Shown in pieces: positions 29,708 through 39,457 of a stretch of DNA of 64,000 nt. The notes under the pieces are model-generated. The model made no database searches. It saw only the letters and a list, made by a program, of their open reading frames with translations, and was not told where the DNA came from. Both the position numbers and the translations under genes were made by a program. Each line of letters opens with the position of its first letter. Position 1 is the first letter of the stretch. This DNA comes from Candidatus Bathyarchaeota archaeon. Lineage in GTDB: Archaea; Thermoproteota; Bathyarchaeia; Bathyarchaeales; Bathycorpusculaceae. The DNA lies in assembly GCA_963767735.1 (NCBI GenBank), contig CAVYES010000008.1, positions 96,001 through 160,000 on the forward strand. The letters run 5' to 3'.

Positions 29708-30772
29708 TTATTGGACGCCTTTGAATAGCCAGCTCATGTCTGGCGCTTTACGTTTTTCGGGTACTCTTTCGCATAGTGCGTGGGCTATTAGTGGCAGGGC
29801 GATGGTGGCGTCGCAGTAGCATACTGCTCGTGTTCCTTCTTGGCTGTTGATTTTGCCCCAGCTTATGGCTTCTTCCAGCGTGCAGCCGCTTAAGCCGCCC
29901 CACTGCTGTGAGTCTGTGGTTATTTGTATGGCGTATTTGTGGGGGTAGTAGTATTCTTGTAGTCCTTTGCGTAAGCCTCCTTTTCTGCCTTTGACTCCTT
30001 CATCACAGGTGAATGGTGAAACCGAAATCGCGATGAGCTGTGTTAAGTCTTTGGGGACGCCACCGCCGATGTAGACTACGCCGACTTCTTTGGTTTTTGT
30101 TCCTATACTGACGAATTGGTCGAATTCTTTGACGCTGTCGATGTGAACGTTGTGGCCCTGGTTTTTGGCTAAGAGGAAGGTTTCTCCGTAGGCGCTGTCA
30201 ACCATGGCGGGACTGAAGATGGGCACGCCATTGGCTGCTGCGACTGCGGATATAGCGGGGATTTTTTTCTTCCCCAGATATTTACCGAGCAGGTAGAGGA
30301 ATTCTGCTGAAGTGTAATTGTAATCCTCTTTGCAGGTCATAACAAAGTCGGTAACGACTTCCTCCATTTTACGATAATCGGTTTCTTTCCCGTAGACGTC
30401 GTAGTATCTGTTGACGTCGTCGTGAAGCAGTTGCTCATCGTTAACTGTGTGGCTGCCCTGATAGTAACCTAAGCCCATAGCGTCAACGATGTCTTCTGAA
30501 ACGTTGGCACCTGTAGAGACCAGGACATCGATAAAGCGGTTTTCCATAAGCCAATTAATAATTGTCCACTGCCCCGCCGTGCTCATGGAGCCTGCAAAAC
30601 CCATAGCAATCGTTAAGTCTTTTTCTTTAAGCATCTTTTCCCAAACATCAACTGCTTCACCAAGCTTACGCCCTTGATAAGCTGTTTTACTCATTTCCGA
30701 CAAAAGTTGTGAAATACTTTTTTGTTTAACCTTGATTGGTTCAAGTTTCTTTTTGAAGTATGAATCGCTCAT
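29708..30772 (-). CDS. Deoxyhypusine synthase-like paralogue
   Basis: AYQGRKLG, VSTGAN, NR.YDV, GGGVPK, GGLSGCTL.EA.SWGK. Confidence 0.9.
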   Translation of the reverse strand: MSDSYFKKKLEPIKVKQKSISQLLSEMSKTAYQGRKLGEAVDVWEKMLKEKDLTIAMGFAGSMSTAGQWTIINWLMENRFIDVLVSTGANVSEDIVDAMGLGYYQGSHTVNDEQLLHDDVNRYYDVYGKETDYRKMEEVVTDFVMTCKEDYNYTSAEFLYLLGKYLGKKKIPAISAVAAANGVPIFSPAMVDSAYGETFLLAKNQGHNVHIDSVKEFDQFVSIGTKTKEVGVVYIGGGVPKDLTQLIAISVSPFTCDEGVKGRKGGLRKGLQEYYYPHKYAIQITTDSQQWGGLSGCTLEEAISWGKINSQEGTRAVCYCDATIALPLIAHALCERVPEKRKAPDMSWLFKGVQ

Positions 30773-31127
30773 TAGTATGCACCCCGTTGTAGATTAATTG
30801 GCTTGTATATGAAATTTGCCATATAGAAAACCAGCAACCAAGCGCACTGACCGTTTATTGGCTTTAAATCACGTTTTCTGCCGCTTCCAAAGACATGGGC
30901 TTCCGCTTTAAACAGTTCAAAAATCCAGTTATCGAATAATTATTGCTGGAGCCGTTTATGCAGTAGTTTAAAGAAAAAATGCCTAAGCTTAATTCAAGCC
31001 TCTAATCAAAAAATCAACCCAAAATGAACCCTACACTGAAACGCTCACCTATAGACCTACTCTAATTTTTGTGACAAAAACAACCACAAAAATGTGGTGC
31101 GCACAAAAAAAATTCGCAAAACTCTCG

Positions 31128-33095
31128 CTACATTTTCTCTGGTGCTTCCACACCAATCAATGTTAAAGCGTTATGCATGACGATTTGTATGGCTTGCGTT
31201 AATGCAATGCGTGCGTCGCTGAGCTCCTGCGACTCTGCTTTTATGACGGGAAGTGCGTTGTAGAAGGTGTTGAATTTATCTGCTAACGCGTTCGTGTAGT
31301 CGGCAATCAAATTCGGCTTTAAGTATTCTGTAGCTTCGACGAAGGTGTCTGGGAAGCTTGCAAGGTTCAAGATGAGCTCACGTTCAAGCTTTTCGGAGAG
31401 CAGCTCAAAGGCCGGTTTTTCTGGTTCTCTTGCGGCCTTGCGCAAAATACTGCATGCCCTTGCATGAGTATATTGAACGTATGGTGCACTGTTGGTTTCG
31501 AAGTTTAGCACGCGCTCCCAAGTAAAGATGACTGGCTTTGAGGTGTCAACATCGACAAGCGCGTAACGCACGGCGCCTAAACCGACAAAGCTGGCGATTT
31601 TACGTTTTTCTTCCTCGGAAAGTTGTGGGGAACGCTTCGAAACTTCTTCGTAAGCACGTTGAACCGCTTCGTCGAGAACTTGGTCCAAAGTAATGTAGTG
31701 TCCTCTGCGGCTGCTCATCTTGTATCCGGGCAAAGTAACCAAGTTGTAAGCGAAATGCACTAGGTTATCGGCGTATTCGCTGTAGCCTAGTGCGTATAGT
31801 GCAAGTTTTAACTGAAGCTGTGCCAGCGACTGCTCCATGCCAATAACGTTGATGACTTTTTGGGCATGCTTGAACTTCCACAGCGTATAAGCTATGTCGC
31901 GAGTAGTGTACAGCGTGGTGCCGTCTGCACGTCCAAGCGTTAAAGGTGGAACCTCATTATTCTCGCTCAAACCTAACTTGTCCTTCAAATTCAGGACTTC
32001 GGCGACTTTTTCGGCGTCAAACTCCAGCACACCTTTTTCACTGTAAACAAAGGGTGAAGTCTTCAGTTTCTGCAAGACCTCATTTACTTGGGCGCTCCAC
32101 ACGAAGTCGCTTTCCCAATCCCACGAGTCATAAGTAACCTCAACCCTCTTCATGGTTTCCCTGAAACCTTCAAGGCACAAGTCGCTGACTTCACGAATAA
32201 GCTGTTTAGCGAGGGGTTCTCCATCCTCGTAAGCTCGGTTCAGCCTGTTTATTTCTTCCTCTGGATTTTGGTCTTCACCGATTTTAGTCATCAACGCTTC
32301 AAAGAGCACTGGGTATTTTTCTTTAAGCTCCGCGGCAATTGACATCCACTCGTCAATTTCCTTATTTGCTTTAACTAAATCGTCACTTGAATGGATCGCA
32401 ATGGCTAGTTCACGCATTTTTTTTAAACGATTAATTTCAACAAGACAACTGGTAACAGTGTAAATTTTGCCAATGAAAAGGTCTGGTTTCTCTGTTGGTT
32501 TTGGTCTGCCGAGCTTTTCGTAACCATAAGAAACAACAGATGATTGCCTGCCAACATCATCAATGTAGTAATGGCGTGAAACCTTATTTCCCCTGCACTC
32601 CAAAATGCGCGCTAAAGCGTCACCTAACATAGGATTTCTGGCTTGCCCAATATGGATTGGATGAAGCGGATTAACACTTGTGTGTTCCAAGATAATTTTA
32701 GTCGGCTCAGCAGTCTTAACAAAGCCATAATCAAACTTTAACTGCTTAACCGATCCCAAGGTTAAAGCTGAAAACTTGGGGAAGTTAACGTGAAAATTTA
32801 TGTACCCTGCACCTGCACATGAAACCTTCTCAATCAGTTTAAAGCTGGATTTATCAATTGCAGCAACAAGATGCGCCGCAAGGTCTAGCGGTTTTTGGTT
32901 TAGCTTCTTTGCCAACTCGAAACATAACGATGAAGCCAACTGACCATATTCAATGTTCGGTGTTTTACTGAGCGTTATATTTGGCGTTTTTACCTCTGGC
33001 AAAGCCTTCTTCAGCGCTTTCGCTAAAGCTGTTTGGCATTCTTGGCGAAATTGATCGAATGGATTTTCCGAAATCACTGAACTTCTCCCTGCCAT
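31128..33095 (-). CDS. argS: Arginine--tRNA ligase
   Basis: EHTSVNP.HP.HIG..RN (HIGH), R.DGT.LY..RD, KMSSRRG (KMSKS), PY.QY.HAR; start trimmed to MAGRSS. Confidence 0.96.
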   Translation of the reverse strand: MAGRSSVISENPFDQFRQECQTALAKALKKALPEVKTPNITLSKTPNIEYGQLASSLCFELAKKLNQKPLDLAAHLVAAIDKSSFKLIEKVSCAGAGYINFHVNFPKFSALTLGSVKQLKFDYGFVKTAEPTKIILEHTSVNPLHPIHIGQARNPMLGDALARILECRGNKVSRHYYIDDVGRQSSVVSYGYEKLGRPKPTEKPDLFIGKIYTVTSCLVEINRLKKMRELAIAIHSSDDLVKANKEIDEWMSIAAELKEKYPVLFEALMTKIGEDQNPEEEINRLNRAYEDGEPLAKQLIREVSDLCLEGFRETMKRVEVTYDSWDWESDFVWSAQVNEVLQKLKTSPFVYSEKGVLEFDAEKVAEVLNLKDKLGLSENNEVPPLTLGRADGTTLYTTRDIAYTLWKFKHAQKVINVIGMEQSLAQLQLKLALYALGYSEYADNLVHFAYNLVTLPGYKMSSRRGHYITLDQVLDEAVQRAYEEVSKRSPQLSEEEKRKIASFVGLGAVRYALVDVDTSKPVIFTWERVLNFETNSAPYVQYTHARACSILRKAAREPEKPAFELLSEKLERELILNLASFPDTFVEATEYLKPNLIADYTNALADKFNTFYNALPVIKAESQELSDARIALTQAIQIVMHNALTLIGVEAPEKM

Positions 33096-33175
33096 TTTCC
33101 TGGAGTCTAACTTTGTTGAGGTTATGTTTTTTAAATATGTAAGCGTACTTATCTGTCTAATGGATGCAGCAGGCG

Positions 33176-34021
33176 ATGAAAACAAAGGTAATTTATTCAG
33201 AAAAATGTTTAGGCTACGGTACATGGCACATTGAAGGACCACAACGAGTAAAAATTGCATCTGAAATCCTGAAAGCAAAAGGTTATGAGTTTTTGGAGCC
33301 AACGCCTGCAAGTGAAGAAGACTTGTTAACTGTTCATGATGCGGATTACCTTTGGAACCTAAAGAAAGGTTTGGTTGAAGATTCAGATACACCTGCATAC
33401 GACAAAATCTACGAGTTTGCCAAGCTTTCGGTTGGCGGTGCACTTTTAGCCTCAAGAATTAACGGTTTTTCGCTTATGCGTCCGCCAGGACATCATGTTG
33501 GCAGAAATGGCGCTGCTTTGGGCGTTTACACGCGTGGGTTTTGCTATCTCAACAACATTGCGATAGCTGTTAAAAAGTTGGGCAAAAGAACCCTGATTCT
33601 GGATATTGACGGACACCACGGCAACGGAACTCAGGAGATTTTTCAAGGTGACAAGAAAATCCTTTACGTTTCTCTGCATCAATCGCCAAATTATCCTGGA
33701 ACCGGCTCTTTCGCTGAAGGTAATACTGTTAATTTTGCGTTGCCAGCAAATTGTGGTGGAAAACTGTATTTGGAGACGCTTGAAAAAGCCTTAGGAACGG
33801 TTGATTTGGGCAGGTTTGAGGTGATTGCAGTTTCTGCTGGTTTCGATACGCATCTAGGTGATTTAGCATCTTTAGGCTTAATTGAACAAGATTATTTTGA
33901 AATTGGCAAAAGGGTTGCTTTGCTCGGGAAGCCCACGTTTTTTGTTTTGGAAGGAGGTTACATAGGTGAAAAGGTTGGGGTGGATATTGATTTGTTTTTG
34001 AAAGGTTACGAAGAAACATAA
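33176..34021 (+). CDS. Histone deacetylase/acetylpolyamine amidohydrolase family protein
   Basis: RPPGHH, GFC..NN, DID.HHGNGTQ, SAGFD, LEGGY. Confidence 0.92.
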   Translation: MKTKVIYSEKCLGYGTWHIEGPQRVKIASEILKAKGYEFLEPTPASEEDLLTVHDADYLWNLKKGLVEDSDTPAYDKIYEFAKLSVGGALLASRINGFSLMRPPGHHVGRNGAALGVYTRGFCYLNNIAIAVKKLGKRTLILDIDGHHGNGTQEIFQGDKKILYVSLHQSPNYPGTGSFAEGNTVNFALPANCGGKLYLETLEKALGTVDLGRFEVIAVSAGFDTHLGDLASLGLIEQDYFEIGKRVALLGKPTFFVLEGGYIGEKVGVDIDLFLKGYEET

Positions 34022-34033
34022 TTTAGGAAAAAG

Positions 34034-34654
34034 TTATTTTTGTCTTTTCGCCATTGCCTTCTTATTTAACGTTTCAAGTGTCTGTGTGACTTTTTCAGAG
34101 CGTTTCTCTGCAACTGCTAACAAGGGCTTCCAGTCTTTATTTTTGACCGTAATTGTTAGTTGGTCGCATTGACCAGGTAGTTTTTCTAGTGCGCCGTTGA
34201 AGAGTTTTTCTGCAGCTTCATCTGAATCCACTATTTCCAGTGCTTCTTCTGGGCAGGCCTCTTTGCATTTTGGTTCGCCTTGGCAGAGGTCGCATGCAAT
34301 GGCTTTTCCTGTGTCACAGTTGATGGTGATTCCGCCATGCTCACAGGCTTGTACGCACCAGTCGCAACCTTTACATTTTTTTTCATCTATGAGCAGTAAG
34401 CCCGTTTCTTCTGATTGTGATAGTGCATTTTCCGGACATGCTTTGACACATCGGGCATCTTTGCAGGCTCGACATGAAAGTGCAAAGTTGAAGAGCGGCG
34501 CCATGCGGACAACTCGGATTCTGGATTTCATTGGGTTCCAGATGCCTTCGCCTTTTTCCAGCGTGCAAGCATATTCGCAGATCCCACAGCCAATGCACTT
34601 GCCTGGGTCAACGGCTACGAATTTTCTTTTTTGTTCGGTTTTAGCGGATTGCAT
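34034..34654 (-). CDS. 4Fe-4S dicluster (DmsB/CooF-like) electron transfer protein
   Basis: Four Cys clusters: CIGCGICEYAC, CRAC..CVKACP, CKGCDWCVQAC, CDLC..C..ACP. Confidence 0.9.
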   Translation of the reverse strand: MQSAKTEQKRKFVAVDPGKCIGCGICEYACTLEKGEGIWNPMKSRIRVVRMAPLFNFALSCRACKDARCVKACPENALSQSEETGLLLIDEKKCKGCDWCVQACEHGGITINCDTGKAIACDLCQGEPKCKEACPEEALEIVDSDEAAEKLFNGALEKLPGQCDQLTITVKNKDWKPLLAVAEKRSEKVTQTLETLNKKAMAKRQK

Positions 34655-34805
34655 TTTGAATCAGCCTTTTGATGTTTGAATATTGTGCGCGCCATTAGCT
34701 TTTAACCGTTACTTATAAAAAATGATTTTTTGATGAAAAACTTGCTCTGCAAATAATTTGCATCTTATCGGCGATAAGCGTTTGAAATAAAAAAAGGGAA
34801 AGATG

Positions 34806-35516
34806 CTATAGCTGTTTTCCGCATTGGGGGCAATAAGTTGCATCTGGCTTTACTTGTGCGCCGCAGTAGGAGCAGTATCGCGCTGTTTGAGATGGCTGTG
34901 ATGTAGTTTCTGTAGTGGAAGGCTGAGTGTAACTGTAGGGTTGAGAGGTTTGTTGTTTCTGTTGCGGAGATTTCATAGCAAAAAAGCCAATTACTGCAAA
35001 TATCCAAGCGATGAATATCAGTATTAGGCCGATGCCAAACAATATTGTCAGTAATGAGCCCCACCAAAGTAGGGTGCTCGCAGTTGTAAACGAGTGTTCT
35101 CCTGATTTCTGCGCAAGCGCGTTGAAGGTTTGTTTTAGGTGCACTGCTGCAAGTACATAGAATATGAAGGCAATGATAATCCCGCCAAGGAAAACTGCTA
35201 ATCCTATTCCGAATCCTGCCGTGAGTGTAAAGCTTGAATTAAATTTAAAGCCTGTTGCGGTTCCAACGCCGATTAATATTCCTGTAATGGCTACTGCCAC
35301 AGCTATCAAAGCGATTATGTAGTATTTGACGCCTGTCAATGCGTTCTGATAGAGTTCGTTGTCTTGATAATAATTTGCAAGTTCCTTGAGTCCTCTTAGA
35401 AGCAATATTACACCGATGATTCCCAATACCCATCCGACGTAAGGAACTATACCGAGTATAAGCAGTATCGATCCTTCGCCACACAATGTTTTGCTGTATT
35501 CGAAACTTGTACCCAT
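34806..35516 (-). CDS. DUF996-family membrane protein with C-terminal zinc ribbon
   Basis: K.L.G.GSIL...P..G.VL.IIG.IL, multiple TM helices, C-terminal CSYCG...CPQCG. Confidence 0.8.
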   Translation of the reverse strand: MGTSFEYSKTLCGEGSILLILGIVPYVGWVLGIIGVILLLRGLKELANYYQDNELYQNALTGVKYYIIALIAVAVAITGILIGVGTATGFKFNSSFTLTAGFGIGLAVFLGGIIIAFIFYVLAAVHLKQTFNALAQKSGEHSFTTASTLLWWGSLLTILFGIGLILIFIAWIFAVIGFFAMKSPQQKQQTSQPYSYTQPSTTETTSQPSQTARYCSYCGAQVKPDATYCPQCGKQL

Positions 35517-35577
35517 TTGTTTTTTTCCTCCTAATTTTTGATTCCTGAAAACCATACAAGTCATAGGCGGGTTATAG

Positions 35578-35634
35578 CCCTAACAGTTAGAGTTACAGAT
35601 CCAATGTTTAGAGCTGCACCTCTAAGAGTTAGAG
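35578..35634. promoter_or_regulatory. Three tandem imperfect palindromic operators (CTCTAA-N3-TTAGAG) at 21-bp period
   Basis: ccctaa-cag-ttagag (35578), atccaa-tgt-ttagag (35599) and ctctaa-gag-ttagag (35620) in a divergent intergenic region. Confidence 0.65.
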
Positions 35635-35737
35635 TCATAAGTAAACCAGCGAATTATAGTGAAAACATGGAAAGAAAATTTAGCTGCAGAGCTTTGTTTA
35701 TCTTATCGTTGTTGGTTAGCCGGAGCAGTGGATGTAA

Positions 35738-36214
35738 GTGTCTAAGCCGCGTGGAATAAGCGCTGATATTCAATCGCCTAGAACGAAGCTGCTATACTTC
35801 ATCTATTCTGCCCCAAATAGCAGAATTAGGGCTGAACCAGGCGTTAAATCAAGCGTCTCCTCTGCATTAGGCTACAAGTCAGATGGACATTTTCATTATG
35901 ACTGGAATTACTTAATGAATGCCGGTATGATAGAGGAAAAACAAGGCTATTACCTTGTGACCGATGAGGGAAAAAAGGAGTTTGCTTTGCATTCAACAGC
36001 TTCGAGAAGTAACTCGGTGATGATTTTTCTTGGAATTGCCATTGTTGCTTTTACTTTTGGGCTTGAACTGGGAATTCTTCCCATAATAAGTGTAACATTC
36101 TTCGGGATAGCGCTAATCGCTATAGGTTCCGTGTTTCTGATTATTGACCGAAAAAAGAGACCGCAATTAACGCCTGAAGCCAAAGTTTTACTCAAAGAGT
36201 TAAATCACCACTAG
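35738..36214 (+). CDS. Putative membrane-anchored winged-helix protein
   Basis: L.NAGMIEE..GYYLVTDEGK wing motif followed by two hydrophobic TM segments. Confidence 0.65.
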   Translation: MSKPRGISADIQSPRTKLLYFIYSAPNSRIRAEPGVKSSVSSALGYKSDGHFHYDWNYLMNAGMIEEKQGYYLVTDEGKKEFALHSTASRSNSVMIFLGIAIVAFTFGLELGILPIISVTFFGIALIAIGSVFLIIDRKKRPQLTPEAKVLLKELNHH

Positions 36215-36240
36215 AACCAACACTCAGTGAAAAGAACCTT

Positions 36241-36257
36241 TGGTGCGGAGGGTGGGA
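36241..36257 (-). repeat. Displaced tRNA-Leu 3' end with CCA (outermost att-like repeat)
   Basis: tggtgcggagggtggga; 36243-36257 is identical to 39457-39471, and the minus strand reads TCCCACCCTCCGCACCA. Confidence 0.85.
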
Positions 36258-36533
36258 CATCCACCTTATTTTACTGGTAAAAAATATACCTGTATGCCGT
36301 ACGAGAGTTCCAATTTCGCTCAGGCTGCAGTCAACAGTAGTAGACATGGCTTTCAAGCTTTCGAACCAATTCTTTTTGACTTGCCCCTTAAAGGTGATAG
36401 TAGTTAGAGACTCAATGCGGTACCTTTGAATTCATGGTAGTTTGGCTGACAAAAACGCAGTACAGTTATGCAATTAGCGTGGGCTGTAACTCAGCTTATA
36501 CCTCAATTTTTACTCTGAACCGAGCACAAATAG

Positions 36534-37010
36534 TTAGGTTCGTTTCAGAAAGGCTTTGGCGACTTCATGCGCCCAGTTTTTTGTTTTCTCCAGTTCTCCG
36601 TCTTTCAGTTGCATTTGATTTATCTTGCCCTCCACGTAAGCCGTTAGGGGGGGCGAAACAATCTCGAACCCCAGTTTCCGAAGTTTGCTTTCCATTGTTT
36701 TAGTAGCACTTCCAATGCCTCCTATCCTGGATTTCACTTCTGTGTCAAAAACGGCTGCGAACTTGCCAGAAAATTCTTTATCTTTGAAACTACCAAGGAA
36801 TTCCATTATTCCTTTCGTTGCTCTAAAATACATTTTGGGCGCTCCAACGACCAGACGATCATAACTGCTGACTGTTGTCCGATTAACATTCTCAATGGAT
36901 ATAGACTCAGCCTCAATTCCTTCACCCTTCAGGATATCGCCGATAGCTTCAGCGACCTTCGCTGTTAACTTCATAGGGGAAACCGAGTCGTATACAACTA
37001 AAACTTTCAT
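36534..37010 (-). CDS. Flavodoxin-family protein (cargo of segment 1)
   Basis: MKVLVVYDS....T.KVAEAI, YD.LVVGAP, GK.AAVFDT, ELEK...WA. Confidence 0.85.
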   Translation of the reverse strand: MKVLVVYDSVSPMKLTAKVAEAIGDILKGEGIEAESISIENVNRTTVSSYDRLVVGAPKMYFRATKGIMEFLGSFKDKEFSGKFAAVFDTEVKSRIGGIGSATKTMESKLRKLGFEIVSPPLTAYVEGKINQMQLKDGELEKTKNWAHEVAKAFLKRT

Positions 37011-37139
37011 TCAACAACACCTTCCAACAATCTAGTCACTTCTCCCTTAAGAGAGTAACTAAAGCAGACCAAAGTTTCGAGCCGATCGTAAAAATCGAGT
37101 TTACTTTGCCAGATTAAGCCTGGAATAACCCTGAAATCG

Positions 37140-37178
37140 TGGTGCGGAGGGATAGGTTTACATTCACGTTTAAATTTC
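37140..37178 (-). repeat. att-like repeat 2 (tRNA 3' core plus conserved palindromic arm)
   Basis: tggtgcggaggg-at-aggtttacattcacg-tttaaatttc; 34 of 37 nt match 38279-38315. Confidence 0.85.
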
Positions 37179-37276
37179 ACACAAGAAAAGCCAATGAAAT
37201 CTAATCATCACGCCATTCTCTAAACATTGGGCAAGCTGGACCGGACTTCTCCCAAACATAGAAAACTCCGCAGCTT

Positions 37277-37497
37277 CAAGCTGAAATTGCTGCTGGAAAC
37301 AAGAAAGTCAGCGTTTTAGGAGAAGCGGTTGATCAACAATGTTTCCAGTTGAATCTAGTGATCTTGCACCAATAATCCTCGGAGAGGACATAAGATTATT
37401 TGAAAAGTTGAGTTCAAGACCAATTGAGTTGGAAAGATTTGAGGTTACCTCAATCGCTGGTGTTACAAGTCTTCAATTCAAGGTAGTAAACAGTTAG
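37277..37497 (+). pseudogene. Decayed C-terminal fragment of a DHFR/RibD_C-family gene
   Basis: Hand translation: QAEIAAGNKKVSVLGEAVDQQCFQLNLV / (frameshift) DLAPIILGEDIRLFEKLSSRPIELERFEVTSIAGVTSLQFKVVNS*; no 5' half found. Confidence 0.7.
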
Positions 37498-37584
37498 TGC
37501 GCCGTGAAAAAAGTTTAAACGCTTGGCTAAAGCTAGTAAAGTAATAAGGCAAACAATATTTTTCAAGCGCGGAAGAATGATACT

Positions 37585-38193
37585 ATGAGAAAAATTATTG
37601 TCTTATCTTTTATAACACTCGACGGCATCATGCAGGCTCCTGGTGGACCCAAAGAGGATATAAGCGGCGGCTTCAAATACGGTGGATGGGCAGTTCCGTA
37701 TTTTGACGATTTTGCGGGCAAAGTCATGAGCGAGCAGATGGGACATCCGTTTGATCTCTTGCTCGGTCGAAAGACCTACGACATCTTCGTCAACTATTGG
37801 CCTGATCATAATGACCCAAAGGACCCTGTCGGCTCCGGGATCAACAAAGCAACAAAATTTGTGGCTTCCCGCTCACTCTTCAAATCAGACTGGGCAGGCA
37901 CTGTAATGTTACAAGGTGATGTTGCTGAAGCAATAAAGAAGTTAAAACAGCAATATGGGCCGGAGCTTCAAGTTCATGGAAGCGGCAATCTCATTCAGAC
38001 GCTCCTGAAACAGGATTTGGTTGATGAATTGTGGCTCAAAATCTTCCCAATAACGCTCGGCTCTGGGAAGCGGCTATTTGCCGACGGAACAGTATCGTCT
38101 GCATTTACGCTCATAGAGTCCAAAACCTCCCCGAAGGGAGTGATTATCGCATCCTACAAGCGAGTTGGAAAGGTCGAAACAGGATCGTTTTGA
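37585..38193 (+). CDS. Dihydrofolate reductase-like (RibD C-terminal domain) protein (cargo of segment 2)
   Basis: MRKII..F.TLDG.MQAPGG, LLLGRKTY, V.GSG.L.QTL...DLVDE..L...P..LG.GKRLF. Confidence 0.9.
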   Translation: MRKIIVLSFITLDGIMQAPGGPKEDISGGFKYGGWAVPYFDDFAGKVMSEQMGHPFDLLLGRKTYDIFVNYWPDHNDPKDPVGSGINKATKFVASRSLFKSDWAGTVMLQGDVAEAIKKLKQQYGPELQVHGSGNLIQTLLKQDLVDELWLKIFPITLGSGKRLFADGTVSSAFTLIESKTSPKGVIIASYKRVGKVETGSF

Positions 38194-38278
38194 ACGAATT
38201 TAAAGTGGCAAATTTGCAATCGTGACCTATTTTTCTGAAATAGCCCATAATCAAACTCTATTTGGCGAAATGGGCAAA

Positions 38279-38319
38279 GTGCGGAGGGTGAGGTTTACAT
38301 TCACGTGTAAATTTCGCCC
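38279..38319 (-). repeat. att-like repeat 3 (tRNA 3' core plus TTTACA-N6-TGTAAA palindrome)
   Basis: gtgcggagggtg-agg-tttaca-ttcacg-tgtaaa-tttcgccc; the first 12 nt are identical to 39457-39468. Confidence 0.85.
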
Positions 38320-38365
38320 AACGAGCCGCGAGCAATTTGTCATTAATCGGAATTAATCGAAGGCA

Positions 38366-39164
38366 TCAGGAGATGCTCTTTGACTTACGTTTCCTGTTAC
38401 GAATATACAAAACCGATGCGCCAGCTGCCACAACTGCTACCACGGCTGCAACGACAACGTACATGGCAAGAGTTGTGGTTGAAAGAGTGGAAGATGGAGC
38501 AAGAGTGGCAATTGGCCCGATGGAACTTTCCTCCCACCATGCGACAGTCGAATTGACTGTTTCGACTGCCTGAGACATATCTTGTTGACTGAGTCCTCCA
38601 GAATCAGTAATCGTCTGGTTTGCCTGCAGCAAGGCGGTGCTGTTACTTGCGAGGTCTTGAACCTCAACCAAGCCCTCAATTACCATCACATTAGCGGTGC
38701 CATTCTCATATGCTGCCGCAGTAAATTCAGTTCCCCGAACCCCAACAACAGCTGTCACACCAATATCAGCATCCCAATTATCGGATCCACCAGTTGCGCT
38801 TTCGATGTATGCCCAAAACCTACCTAACCAGGAGATAAAGGAGGTGGTGAAGGCCGTGAGGGTCATTATAAGCGACAGTTGTATTCTGATCAAATACGAT
38901 TTCACCGCCTGAGAATTGGATTAACAGTACACTATTCGGTCCTGTCATAATAGTGTCCCCTAAACTTATAGTGTCAGAGGGAACTAAAGGTGCCCATTCA
39001 ATGCCTCCATTGGAGCTTATCTGGACTGTCCCAGACACCCTTTGAACGGTAATAGGTTGCTCTGTGGACCCATTAACTGCGGGTGCAAGTGCTGGAATTG
39101 ATGTGAATGCCGCCGCTACTATGATAGCCGCCATGATTAATGCCATACTATAACTGTAGCCCAC
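38366..39164 (-). CDS. Secreted FecR-domain protein with C-terminal TM anchor, frameshifted at ~38830-38880 (cargo of segment 3)
   Basis: Signal peptide, VSG.VQI, LGD.I.TG.NS...I.F (ORF 38820..39275), then AVVGVRGTEF..V.V.EG.VEV and TM + RKRK (ORF 38366..38905). Confidence 0.75.
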
Positions 39165-39457
39165 ACTTGCCCCTCCGCAAAGTTCTTCCAAGTAAAAACT
39201 TTCAATCTCTAATTTAAAACCTTTGCAAATATGCCTAAAAAGTCGGTTAGATACAAAGTTGCACAAATCAAGCAACTCAAGGTTAGCTGAGTTGCATCTA
39301 GCGTATTCAAAGCATGCTGTATCCCATTGATCAGGCGCTTGTTAGAATAAGCACATGACCCCTTGAAATCATGTCTAAACTCAGCGCGATTCGCGAAAAG
39401 GCTTTACTTTCAAAATAGGTAGCATTCAGGCTTTATTTTGCAAAATGGGGGCAAAAG

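Noticed and set aside
33096-33455. 120-aa N-terminal extension on ArgS
   Set aside because: It is the antisense reading of the divergent HDAC gene and the intergenic region; ArgS-like sequence begins at about 33095.
39170-39179. Inverted partial copy of the tRNA 3' core (ccctccgca)
   Set aside because: Only 9 nt match, and on the minus strand it is the GGAGG Shine-Dalgarno upstream of the FecR gene's GTG start.
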